From assembly GCA_964628295.1 (NCBI GenBank), contig CAZVLS010000001.1:10250-74249 (forward strand): 64,000 nucleotides of DNA. The letters are read 5' to 3'. Both the position numbers and the translations under genes were made by a program. Origin of the DNA: an uncultured Acidobacterium sp. GTDB taxonomy: Bacteria > Acidobacteriota > Vicinamibacteria > Vicinamibacterales > UBA2999. The notes below the pieces were generated by a model. It ran no database searches, was not told the origin of the DNA, and saw only the letters and a list, made by a program, of their open reading frames with translations. Positions 46,872 to 58,536 of the stretch are shown here, piece after piece; position 1 is the stretch's first letter; every line of letters starts with the position of its first letter.

Positions 46872-48080
46872 CTAGGCAACAGCCTCGCCCTCACGCATCC
46901 CTGTCTCACTTGCAAGCTCCGCCATCGGAATGGCGATGCACACGAGCAACCCGCCCTCGGCGGGCTGCCGGAATTCAAACCGGTGCAGCGACCCGTATAA
47001 ATGATCGAGTCGCGACCGGGTGTTGCTAAGCCCGACGCCGCGATTGAAGTCAGTCAATCGCGCGGCTGAGAGCCCGACGCCGTTGTCCTGGACATCGAGC
47101 TCGAGTAACGCGCCGTTGCGGCGGGCCCGCACGGTGACCTGGCCAGGTGTGGGCCTGGGACCAAGGCCGTGCTTGATGGCGTTTTCGACGAGCGGCTGGA
47201 GCAAAAGGTTGGGGACCAACGCATCCAGCGTGTCCGCCTGGACGTCGAATACCACTGTCAGACGGTCGCGGAAGCGGGTTTGTTCGATCTCCAAGTACTT
47301 GGAGAGGAAATCGAGCTCCTCTTTCAACGACACTTCCTGGACGCCGACCCGCTGCAACGACATGCGCAGTAGGTCACTGAGCCGCGCGATCATCTCGTCC
47401 GCCGCTTCGACGTCGCGATGCATGAGCGCGGAAATCGTGTTCAGCGTGTTGAACAGGAAGTGCGGCTGCATCTGCCGCTGCAAGGTGTGCAGGCGCGCTT
47501 CAACGAGCCGTGTCTCGAGCTGCGCCGCATTCAGTTCGCGGGCGCGCGCCTCGTGGAGATACTTGAGCGCCGTGCCGACGCCGACGATCGTCCAGTAGGT
47601 CATCATCTCCCAGTCGAAGTTCAGGAACAGCATCTCCTGCGCTTCGTGGAGCCACGTATCGAGCGATTCTCCTATGAGCCAGTAGGTGCCCATGCGGAGC
47701 GCAACGGTGACGACGACGTGAATCGACGTGGCGATGATGACGCCCGCGATGTGCACCGGAATGGCCATCTTCCAGGTCGCGCGATCGAAAGGAAATCGAC
47801 GCGTGATCCAGAAGATCGCCGGCGCGACGGCCGCCCACGAATACCAGTACCCGAGATTCAGCGTCAGCAGCAGCCCGAAGGCCGCCGGCTTGTCGGTGAA
47901 CGTCGAGACGAAATAGAACGCGGCGAACGCTGAGAAGAACCCGAGAGCCGTCGCGACGCCGAAGATGACGCGGGTGGGAACGAGCCCGTGGGAGGGAGCC
48001 ATAGCGGCAATATCCGTCTGCCGCCACCTGCGGTCAACCGGAAAGGCATTCGTCCCAACACTCGTCCCATGACGAAGCAT
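46872..48080 (-). CDS. LytS-type sensor histidine kinase (His_kinase plus HATPase_c)
   Basis: Multi-TM N-terminus, motif QMQPHFLFNTLNTISAL, and a GHKL ATPase C-terminus. Confidence 0.9.
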   Translation of the reverse strand: MLRHGTSVGTNAFPVDRRWRQTDIAAMAPSHGLVPTRVIFGVATALGFFSAFAAFYFVSTFTDKPAAFGLLLTLNLGYWYSWAAVAPAIFWITRRFPFDRATWKMAIPVHIAGVIIATSIHVVVTVALRMGTYWLIGESLDTWLHEAQEMLFLNFDWEMMTYWTIVGVGTALKYLHEARARELNAAQLETRLVEARLHTLQRQMQPHFLFNTLNTISALMHRDVEAADEMIARLSDLLRMSLQRVGVQEVSLKEELDFLSKYLEIEQTRFRDRLTVVFDVQADTLDALVPNLLLQPLVENAIKHGLGPRPTPGQVTVRARRNGALLELDVQDNGVGLSAARLTDFNRGVGLSNTRSRLDHLYGSLHRFEFRQPAEGGLLVCIAIPMAELASETGMREGEAVA

Positions 48081-48108
48081 GCGCTGTCGCTATAGCGAAG
48101 AGCATGCC

Positions 48109-48166
48109 GAACGCAGAAGGCGCGGACAGAGCCGCAGAAAGCACAGAAAGCCCAGAGAATTCTGAA
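48109..48166. repeat. degenerate 9-mer array (GCACAGAAA family)
   Basis: gccgcagaa agcacagaa agcccagag aattctgaa, related to the cacagagg module of E1-E3. Confidence 0.6.
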
Positions 48167-48220
48167 ATGCGACAAGCGCGCCGGGTTCCCAAAATCCAGC
48201 GCGTTGAAGATCAGGCGGTT

Positions 48221-50161
<1,941 letters not shown>

Positions 50162-50234
50162 ATGCTCAGGCTAGCAGGCTATCGGGCTGGCGGGCTAGCA
50201 GTCTTGCTAGCCTCCTGACCCGCTGGCCTGATAG
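50162..50234. repeat. inverted 8-mer arrays (CAGGCTAG/GGGCTAGC family) forming a hairpin between divergent starts
   Basis: Left arm caggctagcaggctatcgggctggcgggctagca. Right arm tgctagcctcctgacccgctggcctgatagcc. Confidence 0.85.
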
Positions 50235-50245
50235 CCTTCACCCTC

Positions 50246-51949
50246 ATGAACCGACGCCGCTTCTTCTCGACCTTACTGGCCGCTGGCGCAGCTACGCCGG
50301 CGTTGGCCCAACAGGCCGCCGCTCCTCAACGGATCGACCGACTGCGCCTCGACGCCGCCGAGAGCATCTTCGGTGTCGATTTCACCGAGGCCGAGGAGCA
50401 GATGGCGCTCAACAGCGTCAATCGCAACCTCGCCAGCTTCGAGGAACTGCGCAAGCTCAACGTGCCGCTCGATACCGAGCCGGCGATCACATTCCGGCCA
50501 TACCTGCCTGGCAAGAAGCCGACCGGACGTTCGACGCCAGGCGCGAAGCTCAAGGTGAGTCGCCCGGTCGTGCCGAATAACCTGACGCCGGAGCAGATTG
50601 CGTTCCTGCCGGTGACGTCGCTCGCGGCGCTGATCGAGACGAAGCGCATCACCTCCACCGAACTCACGAAGATCTACCTCGATCGTCTGAAGAAATACGA
50701 CCCGGTCCTGCACTGTGTCGTCACGCTCACCGAAGAACTCGCGTTGAAACAGGCAGCCGCCGCGGACGCCGAGATCAAGGCCGGTAAGTATCGCGGGCCG
50801 CTGCATGGGATTCCGTGGGGCGCAAAGGACCTGCTCGCGACCAAGGGCATCAAGACGACGTGGGGGGCAACGCCTTATAAGGACCAGGTCATCGACATCG
50901 ACGCCACCGTCGTCGAACGCCTCAACGCGGCCGGCGCGGTGCTGGTCGCCAAGCTGTCGATGGGCGCGCTCGCGCAGGGCGGCGTGTGGTTCGGCGGCTC
51001 GACGCGCAATCCGTGGAACACCGAGCGGAGTTCGAGCGGATCGTCCGCGGGTCCTGGCTCCGCTACCGCGGCGGGGCTCGTCGGCTTCTCGATCGGCACC
51101 GAGACGCTCGGCTCGATCATCTCTCCTTCGGTGACCAACGGCGTCACCGGCTTGCGCCCCACATACGGCCGCGTCAGCCGTCATGGCGCCATGGCGCTCT
51201 CCTGGACGATGGACAAGATCGGTCCGATGTGCCGATCGGTCGAGGATTGCGTGCTGGTGCTGAATGCGATCTACGGCAGTGACGGCAAGGACGACACGTG
51301 CACGGATGCGCCGTTCGAGTGGAATCCTGACCGGCCGCTTGCGTCCATGCGTATCGGCTACATCCAGCGCGAATTCGAGAACGCGTCGAACGTCAACAAC
51401 CCGACCGAAGCGCAGAAGACCACGGCGACGAACCGGCAGGCGATGTATCGCGATGCGCTCGATCAGTTCCGCCAGCTAGGCGCAAAGCTCGAGCCGATCT
51501 CGATGCCGGACTTCCCCGCCGGTGCGATCGGTTTCGTGTTGAGCGCGGAAGCGGCGGCGGCGTTTGATGATCTGACAAGAGACAAGGAGAAGCTCGCGAC
51601 GCTGACCGGTCAGTCACCGGGTGACTGGCCGAACACTTTCCGCAGCTCCCGCTTCATTCCGGCGGTGGAATACATCCGCGCCATGCGCGCGCGCACGCTG
51701 CTGATGCGCGAGATGGACAAGGTAATGTCGCAGTACGACGCGTTCCTCAGCCTCGCGCCTGGAACGTCAAGCCTGCAGGTCACCAACCTGACCGGCCATC
51801 CCGCGATCGCGATGAAGTGCGGCTTCGTCGACAATATGCCGCAGTCGATCATGGTGACCGGCCGGCTCTACGACGAAGCCACGATTTGCCGCATCGCGCT
51901 GGCCTACGAACAGGCTACTGACTGGCACAAGAAACACCCGTCGCTATAG
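50246..51949 (+). CDS. amidase (amidase-signature family) with Tat signal
   Basis: Tat signal MNRRRFFSTLLAAGAATPALAQQ. AS motifs GIPWGAKD and SSSGSSAGPGSATAAG. Confidence 0.9.
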   Translation: MNRRRFFSTLLAAGAATPALAQQAAAPQRIDRLRLDAAESIFGVDFTEAEEQMALNSVNRNLASFEELRKLNVPLDTEPAITFRPYLPGKKPTGRSTPGAKLKVSRPVVPNNLTPEQIAFLPVTSLAALIETKRITSTELTKIYLDRLKKYDPVLHCVVTLTEELALKQAAAADAEIKAGKYRGPLHGIPWGAKDLLATKGIKTTWGATPYKDQVIDIDATVVERLNAAGAVLVAKLSMGALAQGGVWFGGSTRNPWNTERSSSGSSAGPGSATAAGLVGFSIGTETLGSIISPSVTNGVTGLRPTYGRVSRHGAMALSWTMDKIGPMCRSVEDCVLVLNAIYGSDGKDDTCTDAPFEWNPDRPLASMRIGYIQREFENASNVNNPTEAQKTTATNRQAMYRDALDQFRQLGAKLEPISMPDFPAGAIGFVLSAEAAAAFDDLTRDKEKLATLTGQSPGDWPNTFRSSRFIPAVEYIRAMRARTLLMREMDKVMSQYDAFLSLAPGTSSLQVTNLTGHPAIAMKCGFVDNMPQSIMVTGRLYDEATICRIALAYEQATDWHKKHPSL

Positions 51950-51951
51950 AC

Positions 51952-52068
51952 CGACGACAAACACGAAGGACACGAAGGACACGAAGGCTGCTTTGGAAAA
52001 TGTCAGTGCTGCTAAGCGGCACTTGTATTTTCCAGACTTGGCTTCGTGCCCTTCGTGTCCTTCGTGTT
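51952..52068. repeat. inverted 9-mer arrays (ACACGAAGG / CCTTCGTGN) forming a ~115-nt hairpin between convergent genes
   Basis: acacgaagg x3 on the left and cttcgtg x3 with period 9 on the right. The centre carries ggaaaatg.../...attttcc. Confidence 0.9.
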
Positions 52069-52073
52069 TATCC

Positions 52074-53027
52074 TCAGCCGCTGCAAACGAACAGATTCCC
52101 AAACTGCCGACACTGTGTCGTCGCTGCTAGTACTTGCTGGTAGTACGGGATTGCAGAAAAATCCGTCACCGCAACGACGTCCGTACCTCGCGCGACGGGG
52201 CTGACGCGAATCGACGCGTCGTAGCCTTCGGCCGGGCCGATCTTCCTGAACAGTGTGGCGCCGTAGTTGTCGCACGGCAGGACCAACCGCACTGGGCGCG
52301 GCAGCTCAGGGATCTGCCGTCTCACATAGCGAAGCTTCGCTTCGATCGTGCGTGCCTGCTGTTCTGATCGGCGGGCGCTGCTCGACTGATCCGCGTGCAC
52401 GCGATAGTCATAGAGACGATCGGGCAGCTTGGCGATCCCGTGATCGGGGAGCAATCGCAACCACAGGTCGTAGTCTTCCGCAGGAACGGTGGCCGGATTG
52501 TAGCCACCGGCGCGTAGCGCTACCGCCGTGCGCATCATCACCGAGCCGTGCGCGATGCAGCACGTGAGCGGCATCATCGCGAGGATCTGTTCAGGCGTCT
52601 GCGCCGGATCCTGCTGCTCGCGGACCGTCTGCGTCCATCCGTCAATCACCTCGATGCCATCGCCGTCGATGAAGCCGACGCACGTGCCGAGGACCGCGAT
52701 GCCCGGGTTGGCGTCCAGGAACTCGACCTGCCTCGCAAATCGATCCGGCGCCGACCGGTCGTCGGCATCGTGACGGGCCACGTATTGCCCTCTTGCCTGG
52801 GCGAGGCCGATGTTCAGTGAGCGCGCGAGGCCAATGCTGCCTGGCGACAACACGCGTAGGCGCGAATCAGCAACCGCCCGCAGGTAGTCGGCCGTGCCAT
52901 CGGTGCTGCCGTTGTTGATCACAAGCAGCTCGAAGTCGGTGAACGACTGCGTGAGGATGCTCTCCACCGCCTGCGGCAAGTACGGCATGCCGTTGCGAAC
53001 CGGCAGGAGGACGGAGAGGCGCGTCAT
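52074..53027 (-). CDS. family 2 glycosyltransferase
   Basis: LSVLLPVRNGMPYLPQAVESILTQSFTDFELLVINNGSTDGT, then the DADD motif. ATG 53027 overlaps the upstream stop (ATGA). Confidence 0.85.
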   Translation of the reverse strand: MTRLSVLLPVRNGMPYLPQAVESILTQSFTDFELLVINNGSTDGTADYLRAVADSRLRVLSPGSIGLARSLNIGLAQARGQYVARHDADDRSAPDRFARQVEFLDANPGIAVLGTCVGFIDGDGIEVIDGWTQTVREQQDPAQTPEQILAMMPLTCCIAHGSVMMRTAVALRAGGYNPATVPAEDYDLWLRLLPDHGIAKLPDRLYDYRVHADQSSSARRSEQQARTIEAKLRYVRRQIPELPRPVRLVLPCDNYGATLFRKIGPAEGYDASIRVSPVARGTDVVAVTDFSAIPYYQQVLAATTQCRQFGNLFVCSG

Positions 53028-53518
53028 GAGCGAATCCCCCTTGCGATTCGTGCGGGCACGAGCAAGAACGTCACGATGGCGGCGCCGATGCCGATTGACA
53101 CTGCGGCGCGAACGGTCTCGCGACACAGCGCCATGCCCGGCCACTGGTCGGCGAACGTTCCATCCGGCGTGATCGCCGTGAAGCCGAAAGGCGAGACGGT
53201 CAGCGCGGTGCGATCGACGTTCGACTGCCCGGTGCCGTCCTGGTCATTCCAGAGCACGCACACGCGATCGAACTTTCGCCGCCGCACTTCGGCGCCGGCG
53301 TCACTGCGAAGAAATGTCCACGGCGAAAAGAATGCCCCGTCTTCGAACACGATGCGATGCGCGGCGTCAATGCCGTATCCTTCGAGCGCAGCGACTGCGA
53401 ACGGCGTCGAGACCACCGTGATGTCGCAATCGGGATAGACGGCCTGGAGCCGCGTCAGCGCGGTGCCTAGATGACGGCCGGATCGGAACAACAAAATGCG
53501 CTCAGGCTGCCTTGGCAC
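53024..53518 (-). CDS. hypothetical protein with Rossmann-like half-domain and C-terminal TM helix
   Basis: ILLFRSGRHLGTALTRLQAVYPDCDITVV resembles the N-terminal half of GT9-type enzymes. Paralogous to the N-terminus of the 56768..58480 product. Confidence 0.5.
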   Translation of the reverse strand: MPRQPERILLFRSGRHLGTALTRLQAVYPDCDITVVSTPFAVAALEGYGIDAAHRIVFEDGAFFSPWTFLRSDAGAEVRRRKFDRVCVLWNDQDGTGQSNVDRTALTVSPFGFTAITPDGTFADQWPGMALCRETVRAAVSIGIGAAIVTFLLVPARIARGIRS

Positions 53519-55427
53519 GATCCGCTCCTCTCACGCCGGCGTCCAGCACCTGGGTCGCCCAGCCTTCCATCACGAACAACGTCCACACCTTCCGCCACGC
53601 ACCATCGTCACCGCCATAGAAGCGCGCGACGAGGCGGTCGACTTCCACCGGATCAAACAGGCCGCGGCGGCGGATACGGAATGGGTTCAGCAAATCGCGC
53701 ACCATCGGCTCGAGCGAGCGGCGCATCCACTGCGGATACGGGAGGCCGAAGCCCATCTTCGGGCGGAACAACACGTCTTCGGGCAGCAGCGGCCGGAGCG
53801 CTTCCTTCAGCACGGCCTTGCCGACGCCGTTCCCGAACTTCATTTCCCACGGGACCTGCGCGAGCGCAGCGCCGTACTCGGGATCCAGGAACGGGACCCG
53901 CACTTCGAGGGAGTGCGCCATCGACATCGCGTCGATGTCGCGCAGCAGCACGTACGAGAGGTAGGCGCGCTGTTCGAGACGCAGCAGCCAGTCACCCGGG
54001 CGATCCAGATCGGGATCGACATCGTCGCGGACGAAATCCACGGCCGACGGTCCAGCTTCGGCGAGGCCGCGCACGGACGAGGCCAGCAAGGATTGACTCT
54101 GGTCGCGGGTAAAGATGCCCATGATCGATGGCGTCACAAACTGCTCGTCGAGCAGCGCGTGCGCCTTGATGGCATCCACCCACTTGTCGACCGACGGCCA
54201 CAGCTTGCCTGGCGGCAATCGGCTCATGAGCTGCGCGATCTTGCGCAGGTAGCCGGCCGGCAGGCCTTCGATGGCCTTGCCATCAGCGAAGCGGCGTAGC
54301 AGGTGCGCGTCCCTCTGGTAGCCAAGCAGCAATTCATCACCACCGGTGCCGGAGAGAGCCACGGTCACGTGCTTTGCGGCGGCGTGTGAGACCCAGTAGG
54401 AGTTGATCCCGTCCGAGGTGGGCATGTCCATGGCCGCGAGCGTGTGCGGCATGGCATTGCGAAACATCGACTCTTCGAGCACGAACTCTTCGTGATCGGT
54501 GCCGTAGCGCTCAGCCACCTTGCGCGCCCATGGCCACTCGGTCAGCATCGCCTCGTCTGGACCGCCGACGAAGCCAACCGAGAACGTCTTCAGCGGATGG
54601 GACACGCAGTCCGACGCCAGCGCGACGAGCGCGCTTGAATCGACACCACCGGAGAGAAACACGCCGAGGGGCCGTTCGGACATCATCTGGCGCTTCACGG
54701 CCGCGCGCAGACCGCCGAGCGCGATCTCCTTCGCTTCGTCTAGCGAAGACACCGTCTCTCTGGCCTGCTTGACTGGTGTCCAGTACTGCTGGACGCGCAC
54801 ATCACCGCGGCGATGCACGAGCACACGGCCCGGCTGCAGCTGCTTCACGTCTTCGAGGATCGAGAGCGGCGCCGGCACAGCCTGGTATTGCAGGAACTGA
54901 TTCACGGCCTGCGCATCAATGGCGCGTGACACGCGGCCGCTCGCCAGCATCGACTTGATCTCGGACGCAAACGTCAGCCGCCCGGCGCGATTCGAGTAGT
55001 AGAGCGGCTTGACGCCGTGATGATCGCGCGCCAGCACCATCTGCTCTTCGCGCGGATTCCACAACGCGAACGCAAAGATGCCGTTGAGATCGTTGACGAG
55101 CGCCGCGCCCTTCTCTTCATACAGGTGAAGGATCACCTCACCGTCGGAGCTGGTGCGGAACTGGTGGCCGCGCGCTTGCAGGCCCTTGCGCAGCTCGGCG
55201 TGGTTGTAGATCTCGCCGTTGAACACCAGGTGGAGCGACTGATCTTCGTTGGTCAGCGGCTGATGCCCGCCGGCGACGTCGATGATCGACAGGCGTCGAA
55301 AGCCCAGACCGGCGGCATGATCAAGGAAGAACCCGTCGTCATCCGGCCCTCGATGCCACATGGCCGTGGCCATCCGGCCCAGGGCCGCACGGTCAGGCTG
55401 CCCCACCATTCCGCAGATCCCGCACAT
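53502..55427 (-). CDS. asnB: asparagine synthase (glutamine-hydrolysing) family amidotransferase
   Basis: N-terminal nucleophile MCGICG, and SGGVDSS PP-loop. Confidence 0.9.
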   Translation of the reverse strand: MCGICGMVGQPDRAALGRMATAMWHRGPDDDGFFLDHAAGLGFRRLSIIDVAGGHQPLTNEDQSLHLVFNGEIYNHAELRKGLQARGHQFRTSSDGEVILHLYEEKGAALVNDLNGIFAFALWNPREEQMVLARDHHGVKPLYYSNRAGRLTFASEIKSMLASGRVSRAIDAQAVNQFLQYQAVPAPLSILEDVKQLQPGRVLVHRRGDVRVQQYWTPVKQARETVSSLDEAKEIALGGLRAAVKRQMMSERPLGVFLSGGVDSSALVALASDCVSHPLKTFSVGFVGGPDEAMLTEWPWARKVAERYGTDHEEFVLEESMFRNAMPHTLAAMDMPTSDGINSYWVSHAAAKHVTVALSGTGGDELLLGYQRDAHLLRRFADGKAIEGLPAGYLRKIAQLMSRLPPGKLWPSVDKWVDAIKAHALLDEQFVTPSIMGIFTRDQSQSLLASSVRGLAEAGPSAVDFVRDDVDPDLDRPGDWLLRLEQRAYLSYVLLRDIDAMSMAHSLEVRVPFLDPEYGAALAQVPWEMKFGNGVGKAVLKEALRPLLPEDVLFRPKMGFGLPYPQWMRRSLEPMVRDLLNPFRIRRRGLFDPVEVDRLVARFYGGDDGAWRKVWTLFVMEGWATQVLDAGVRGADRAKAA

Positions 55428-55439
55428 GTCAGACCTTCC

Positions 55440-56771
55440 TTACGACTGCATTTGCGCCACAAGGCGCATCAACGGCGCGAGGGTTTCGACCGCCGCGAGC
55501 GACATGAAGTCCTGCCGTTCAACGAGGCCCTCCTCGGTCAATTGCTTCGAAATCGCGGGCAATCCAAATTGCGACGCGATAATCACGCGATCGTAGGTGC
55601 CGCGGTCCAGCGTGCTGAATGCGCGCACCTCGTGGCCCTCGAAGATCGTGCCGGCCTTGGCGGGATCGTTATCGACCACCGCGACGACCTGCGCGCGCAC
55701 ACCGAGCGTGTCCAACTGCTCAAAGGCGAGTCGGCCGGCGGCTGATGCGCCGAACACGACGAGGCGCTGTGCGCCGAGGTCCGGCAAGTGCTTCACGAGG
55801 GGGTACTGGCGGCCGTCGTCCTTGCGCGCTCGAATCGAAGTCGGGAAGCTGAGGATCTCGACGTTGCGGAGATCAGCGCTGTGGCACCAGCCAATCACGC
55901 GCTCCGGCGAGCAGTCCTTGTCCTGGTAGCGCGGCGAGATCCAGTCGAACGTGTCGAGCACGCGCCAGCTCCACTCGTTGTGCGTGTTGACCGGGAGGAT
56001 GCGGCGGAAGTGGCTCCACGGCTGCTTCTGCATGAACGACATGCGGAACAGGTCCGAGAACAGCGCCACGATCAGCCAACAGAACGCGTAGGTGACGCGA
56101 TGCGGCATGTGCCGGAACGTCCAGCGCCAGAAGTCGCTGGCGAGGTTATAGACGCGATCCGTGTAGTAGTAGAGCCACACGGCGATCTCACCGTCGGCCT
56201 TGAGATGACGCGGCAGCGACAGGAACGCCTCGCGCGTATCGCGCGTGTGGTGCAGCACGCCGAGCGAGAAGATCACGTCGAACACTTCGTCCTTGAACGG
56301 CAGGCGGAACACGTCCGCCTGGATGACATCCACGTTCGACCGGTCACCAACGTTGCGCTGTGACGCCTCAACCGCGAACGAGAAGTCGATGCCGATCGTG
56401 CGCGCACCCCAGCGTGACGCGACATCGAGGAAGCGGCCGGCGCCGCAGCCGACATCGAGCACGACCTTGCCGCCAAGGTCGGCCTGCGTGAAGCCGGTCT
56501 TCTCGATGAACGTATCCTCGGACTCGCGACCGCCGTTGGCGATGTCGAGTTGCACGCGATTCCACTTGTTCCATTCGTACGAAAAGCTGCCAACGTAGCC
56601 GTCGTTGCCGACAAACCGCGGCACGCCGCGCGTGATCGCGTAGCTCGCCGCGCATCCCTCGCAGGTCAGGCGGCCTTCGGTGACGACCGTGGCATCACCG
56701 AGGGTCGTGGTGAGGGTCAGGTCCTCACGGCAGGACGGGCAGCACAATAGCGGCAGCAGATCGGTCTTCAC
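55440..56771 (-). CDS. class I SAM-dependent methyltransferase with Trm112-like zinc ribbon and C-terminal Rossmann-like domain
   Basis: Zinc ribbon CCPSC...CEGC, motif I VLDVGCGAG, and a C-terminal LVVFGASAAG segment. The GTG start overlaps the upstream stop. Confidence 0.8.
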   Translation of the reverse strand: MKTDLLPLLCCPSCREDLTLTTTLGDATVVTEGRLTCEGCAASYAITRGVPRFVGNDGYVGSFSYEWNKWNRVQLDIANGGRESEDTFIEKTGFTQADLGGKVVLDVGCGAGRFLDVASRWGARTIGIDFSFAVEASQRNVGDRSNVDVIQADVFRLPFKDEVFDVIFSLGVLHHTRDTREAFLSLPRHLKADGEIAVWLYYYTDRVYNLASDFWRWTFRHMPHRVTYAFCWLIVALFSDLFRMSFMQKQPWSHFRRILPVNTHNEWSWRVLDTFDWISPRYQDKDCSPERVIGWCHSADLRNVEILSFPTSIRARKDDGRQYPLVKHLPDLGAQRLVVFGASAAGRLAFEQLDTLGVRAQVVAVVDNDPAKAGTIFEGHEVRAFSTLDRGTYDRVIIASQFGLPAISKQLTEEGLVERQDFMSLAAVETLAPLMRLVAQMQS

Positions 56772-58480
56772 GCAGCTTTCTCCTTTGAAACGGCTTGCGA
56801 ACCATAGAACGACATCCAGCGAGCCACCATGTGCTCGGCGGTAAAGTGGCCGTGGGCGCGGCGCATCAGTCGTGATGCTCGGGCGGCACGCTCGTAGGGG
56901 CTGGCCAGCATCGCGTCCAGCCCGTCAGCGACCGAGCGGGGGTCCTTGCAGGCACACAGCTCGCCGGCGTTGCCGACGACGTCGATGACGCCACCGGCGG
57001 CGGTGGACACCACCGGCACGCCGAGGAGCGCGGCCTCCAGCAACACGTTGGGAAAGCCTTCGATGCGCGAGGTCAGGGCGAGAACATCGAGGCCGGCCAT
57101 GATCCGGCGGGCGTCTTTACGGGCACCGAGAAAAGTCACGTCGTCCAGCAAGCCCAGCTCCCCCGCCAGCGCGGACAGCTCCGCTCGCATCGGACCGTCT
57201 CCGGCCAGCACCGCGCGAAACGGCACCCCTCGCCACTTGAGAAGCGCGAGCGCGCGAATCAACGTGGACTGGTCCTTCTCTTCCGACAGGCGCCCGATGC
57301 AGCCGACCAGCGGCAGATCATCAGGAACCGCGAGTTCTTCACGTAGCCAGGTGGTAGCAGCGCTGCGATCCTGCCGGATCGTGCTGACGTCCACGCCGTT
57401 GTGCACGATCTCGATGCAGCGCGCGTCCATCCGCGCCCATCGCGCGTGATCGGCGACCAGCGGGCTGGCGTTCACCGTCACGACGTCGGCTATGCGCGCC
57501 GACAACGTGTCCCCGATGCGGAACCACCATTGGCAGTCCGCAAAGTTGCCTGGGTTCATGCTGCGAATGGAAGTGACGATCCGGGGCACATCCGCAAGTC
57601 GGGCGGCGGCGGCGCCAATCATGTTGGCAACCGGTAGCCACGTATGCACCACGTCGTATCGATTCGCGCGGCAGAACGCCGCGATCGCGTCGATCGCGGT
57701 GCCAGGATGCCTGGTGCGAAGATCGCCGAGATACGTGACCGACAGGCCCGGACGCGTCAGCCGCGCGCGCATGATCTCGTCGTCATAGAACAGCAACAGG
57801 AGATCAATGCGGTGATCGGCCGGCGTGCGGTTAATCAGCTCGGCGAGCTGCGTTTGCGCGCCGCCAAGGCCAAGACTGTTGATGATGTGGAGCACGCGCA
57901 ACGATGCGGGATTGGTCGCGCGTGGCACACGGCGATGAAAGACGGCCCGCAGCATCTGCAGCAGGACCGAGAGGTCTTCGTTGAATGAGGCAGCGAGTGC
58001 GGCCTGCGGCAACTGGCCGCGCGTCCAGCTCTGGAGGTGGCCGCCGGCAGCCCATACCGAAGTCAGCTTCCCGCCCAGCACCACGGCCAGCCGCAGCAGG
58101 TTGCCTGCCGATTGCAGCGACGGTTCCATCAGCGGAATCACGATGCGATCGAACTGCATGCGGCGCAGCCGGTGCTGAAGCGCGATATTGAGTTGCGTGA
58201 TCGACAGCCTCTTCGCGGAGTGGATGATGGCTTCATTCGCGCCGGCGGCGAGAGTCGCATCTGCAAATGCGGCATTGGTCAGCGCATAGATCTGCGCGGA
58301 CGGATACTCTGCCCGCACGCGCGAGACCGCCGCCTCGAATTGAGGCATTCGGCAACTACGAAGCACCAGGACACGCACGACCGATCGACCCTCCATGAGT
58401 GTCGGCCCGGCGACACCGTTCGGTCGCCGCGTCGACTCTGCGACGGCGTTCTCCGCTGATTTCCGTGAGGAATTCGCCAT
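56768..58480 (-). CDS. GT4 (group 1) glycosyltransferase with extra N-terminal ~190-aa domain
   Basis: LRVLHIINSLGLGGAQTQ begins the GT4 part, and EGFPNVLLEAALLGVPVV is the EX7E region. The N-terminal domain is paralogous to 53024..53518. Confidence 0.8.
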   Translation of the reverse strand: MANSSRKSAENAVAESTRRPNGVAGPTLMEGRSVVRVLVLRSCRMPQFEAAVSRVRAEYPSAQIYALTNAAFADATLAAGANEAIIHSAKRLSITQLNIALQHRLRRMQFDRIVIPLMEPSLQSAGNLLRLAVVLGGKLTSVWAAGGHLQSWTRGQLPQAALAASFNEDLSVLLQMLRAVFHRRVPRATNPASLRVLHIINSLGLGGAQTQLAELINRTPADHRIDLLLLFYDDEIMRARLTRPGLSVTYLGDLRTRHPGTAIDAIAAFCRANRYDVVHTWLPVANMIGAAAARLADVPRIVTSIRSMNPGNFADCQWWFRIGDTLSARIADVVTVNASPLVADHARWARMDARCIEIVHNGVDVSTIRQDRSAATTWLREELAVPDDLPLVGCIGRLSEEKDQSTLIRALALLKWRGVPFRAVLAGDGPMRAELSALAGELGLLDDVTFLGARKDARRIMAGLDVLALTSRIEGFPNVLLEAALLGVPVVSTAAGGVIDVVGNAGELCACKDPRSVADGLDAMLASPYERAARASRLMRRAHGHFTAEHMVARWMSFYGSQAVSKEKAA

Positions 58481-58536
58481 TCGACGGCCAGTTGAGCAAG
58501 ACCGGGGCCAAGCTTGACTGGCCGTGCCTTTGCACC

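Noticed and set aside
48087-48098. A perfect 12-bp palindrome TCGCTATAGCGA 7 nt upstream of the LytS-type kinase start, a possible operator.
   Set aside because: It is too short to interpret and has no second copy in the window. LytTR regulators usually bind direct rather than inverted repeats.
53502-55427. The AsnB homolog as a lasso-peptide cyclase or RiPP enzyme, given the nearby radical SAM/SPASM gene.
   Set aside because: It keeps the N-terminal Cys nucleophile (MCGICG) of true glutamine amidotransferases. No protease (B) gene or precursor peptide is visible, and the neighbours are glycosyltransferases.
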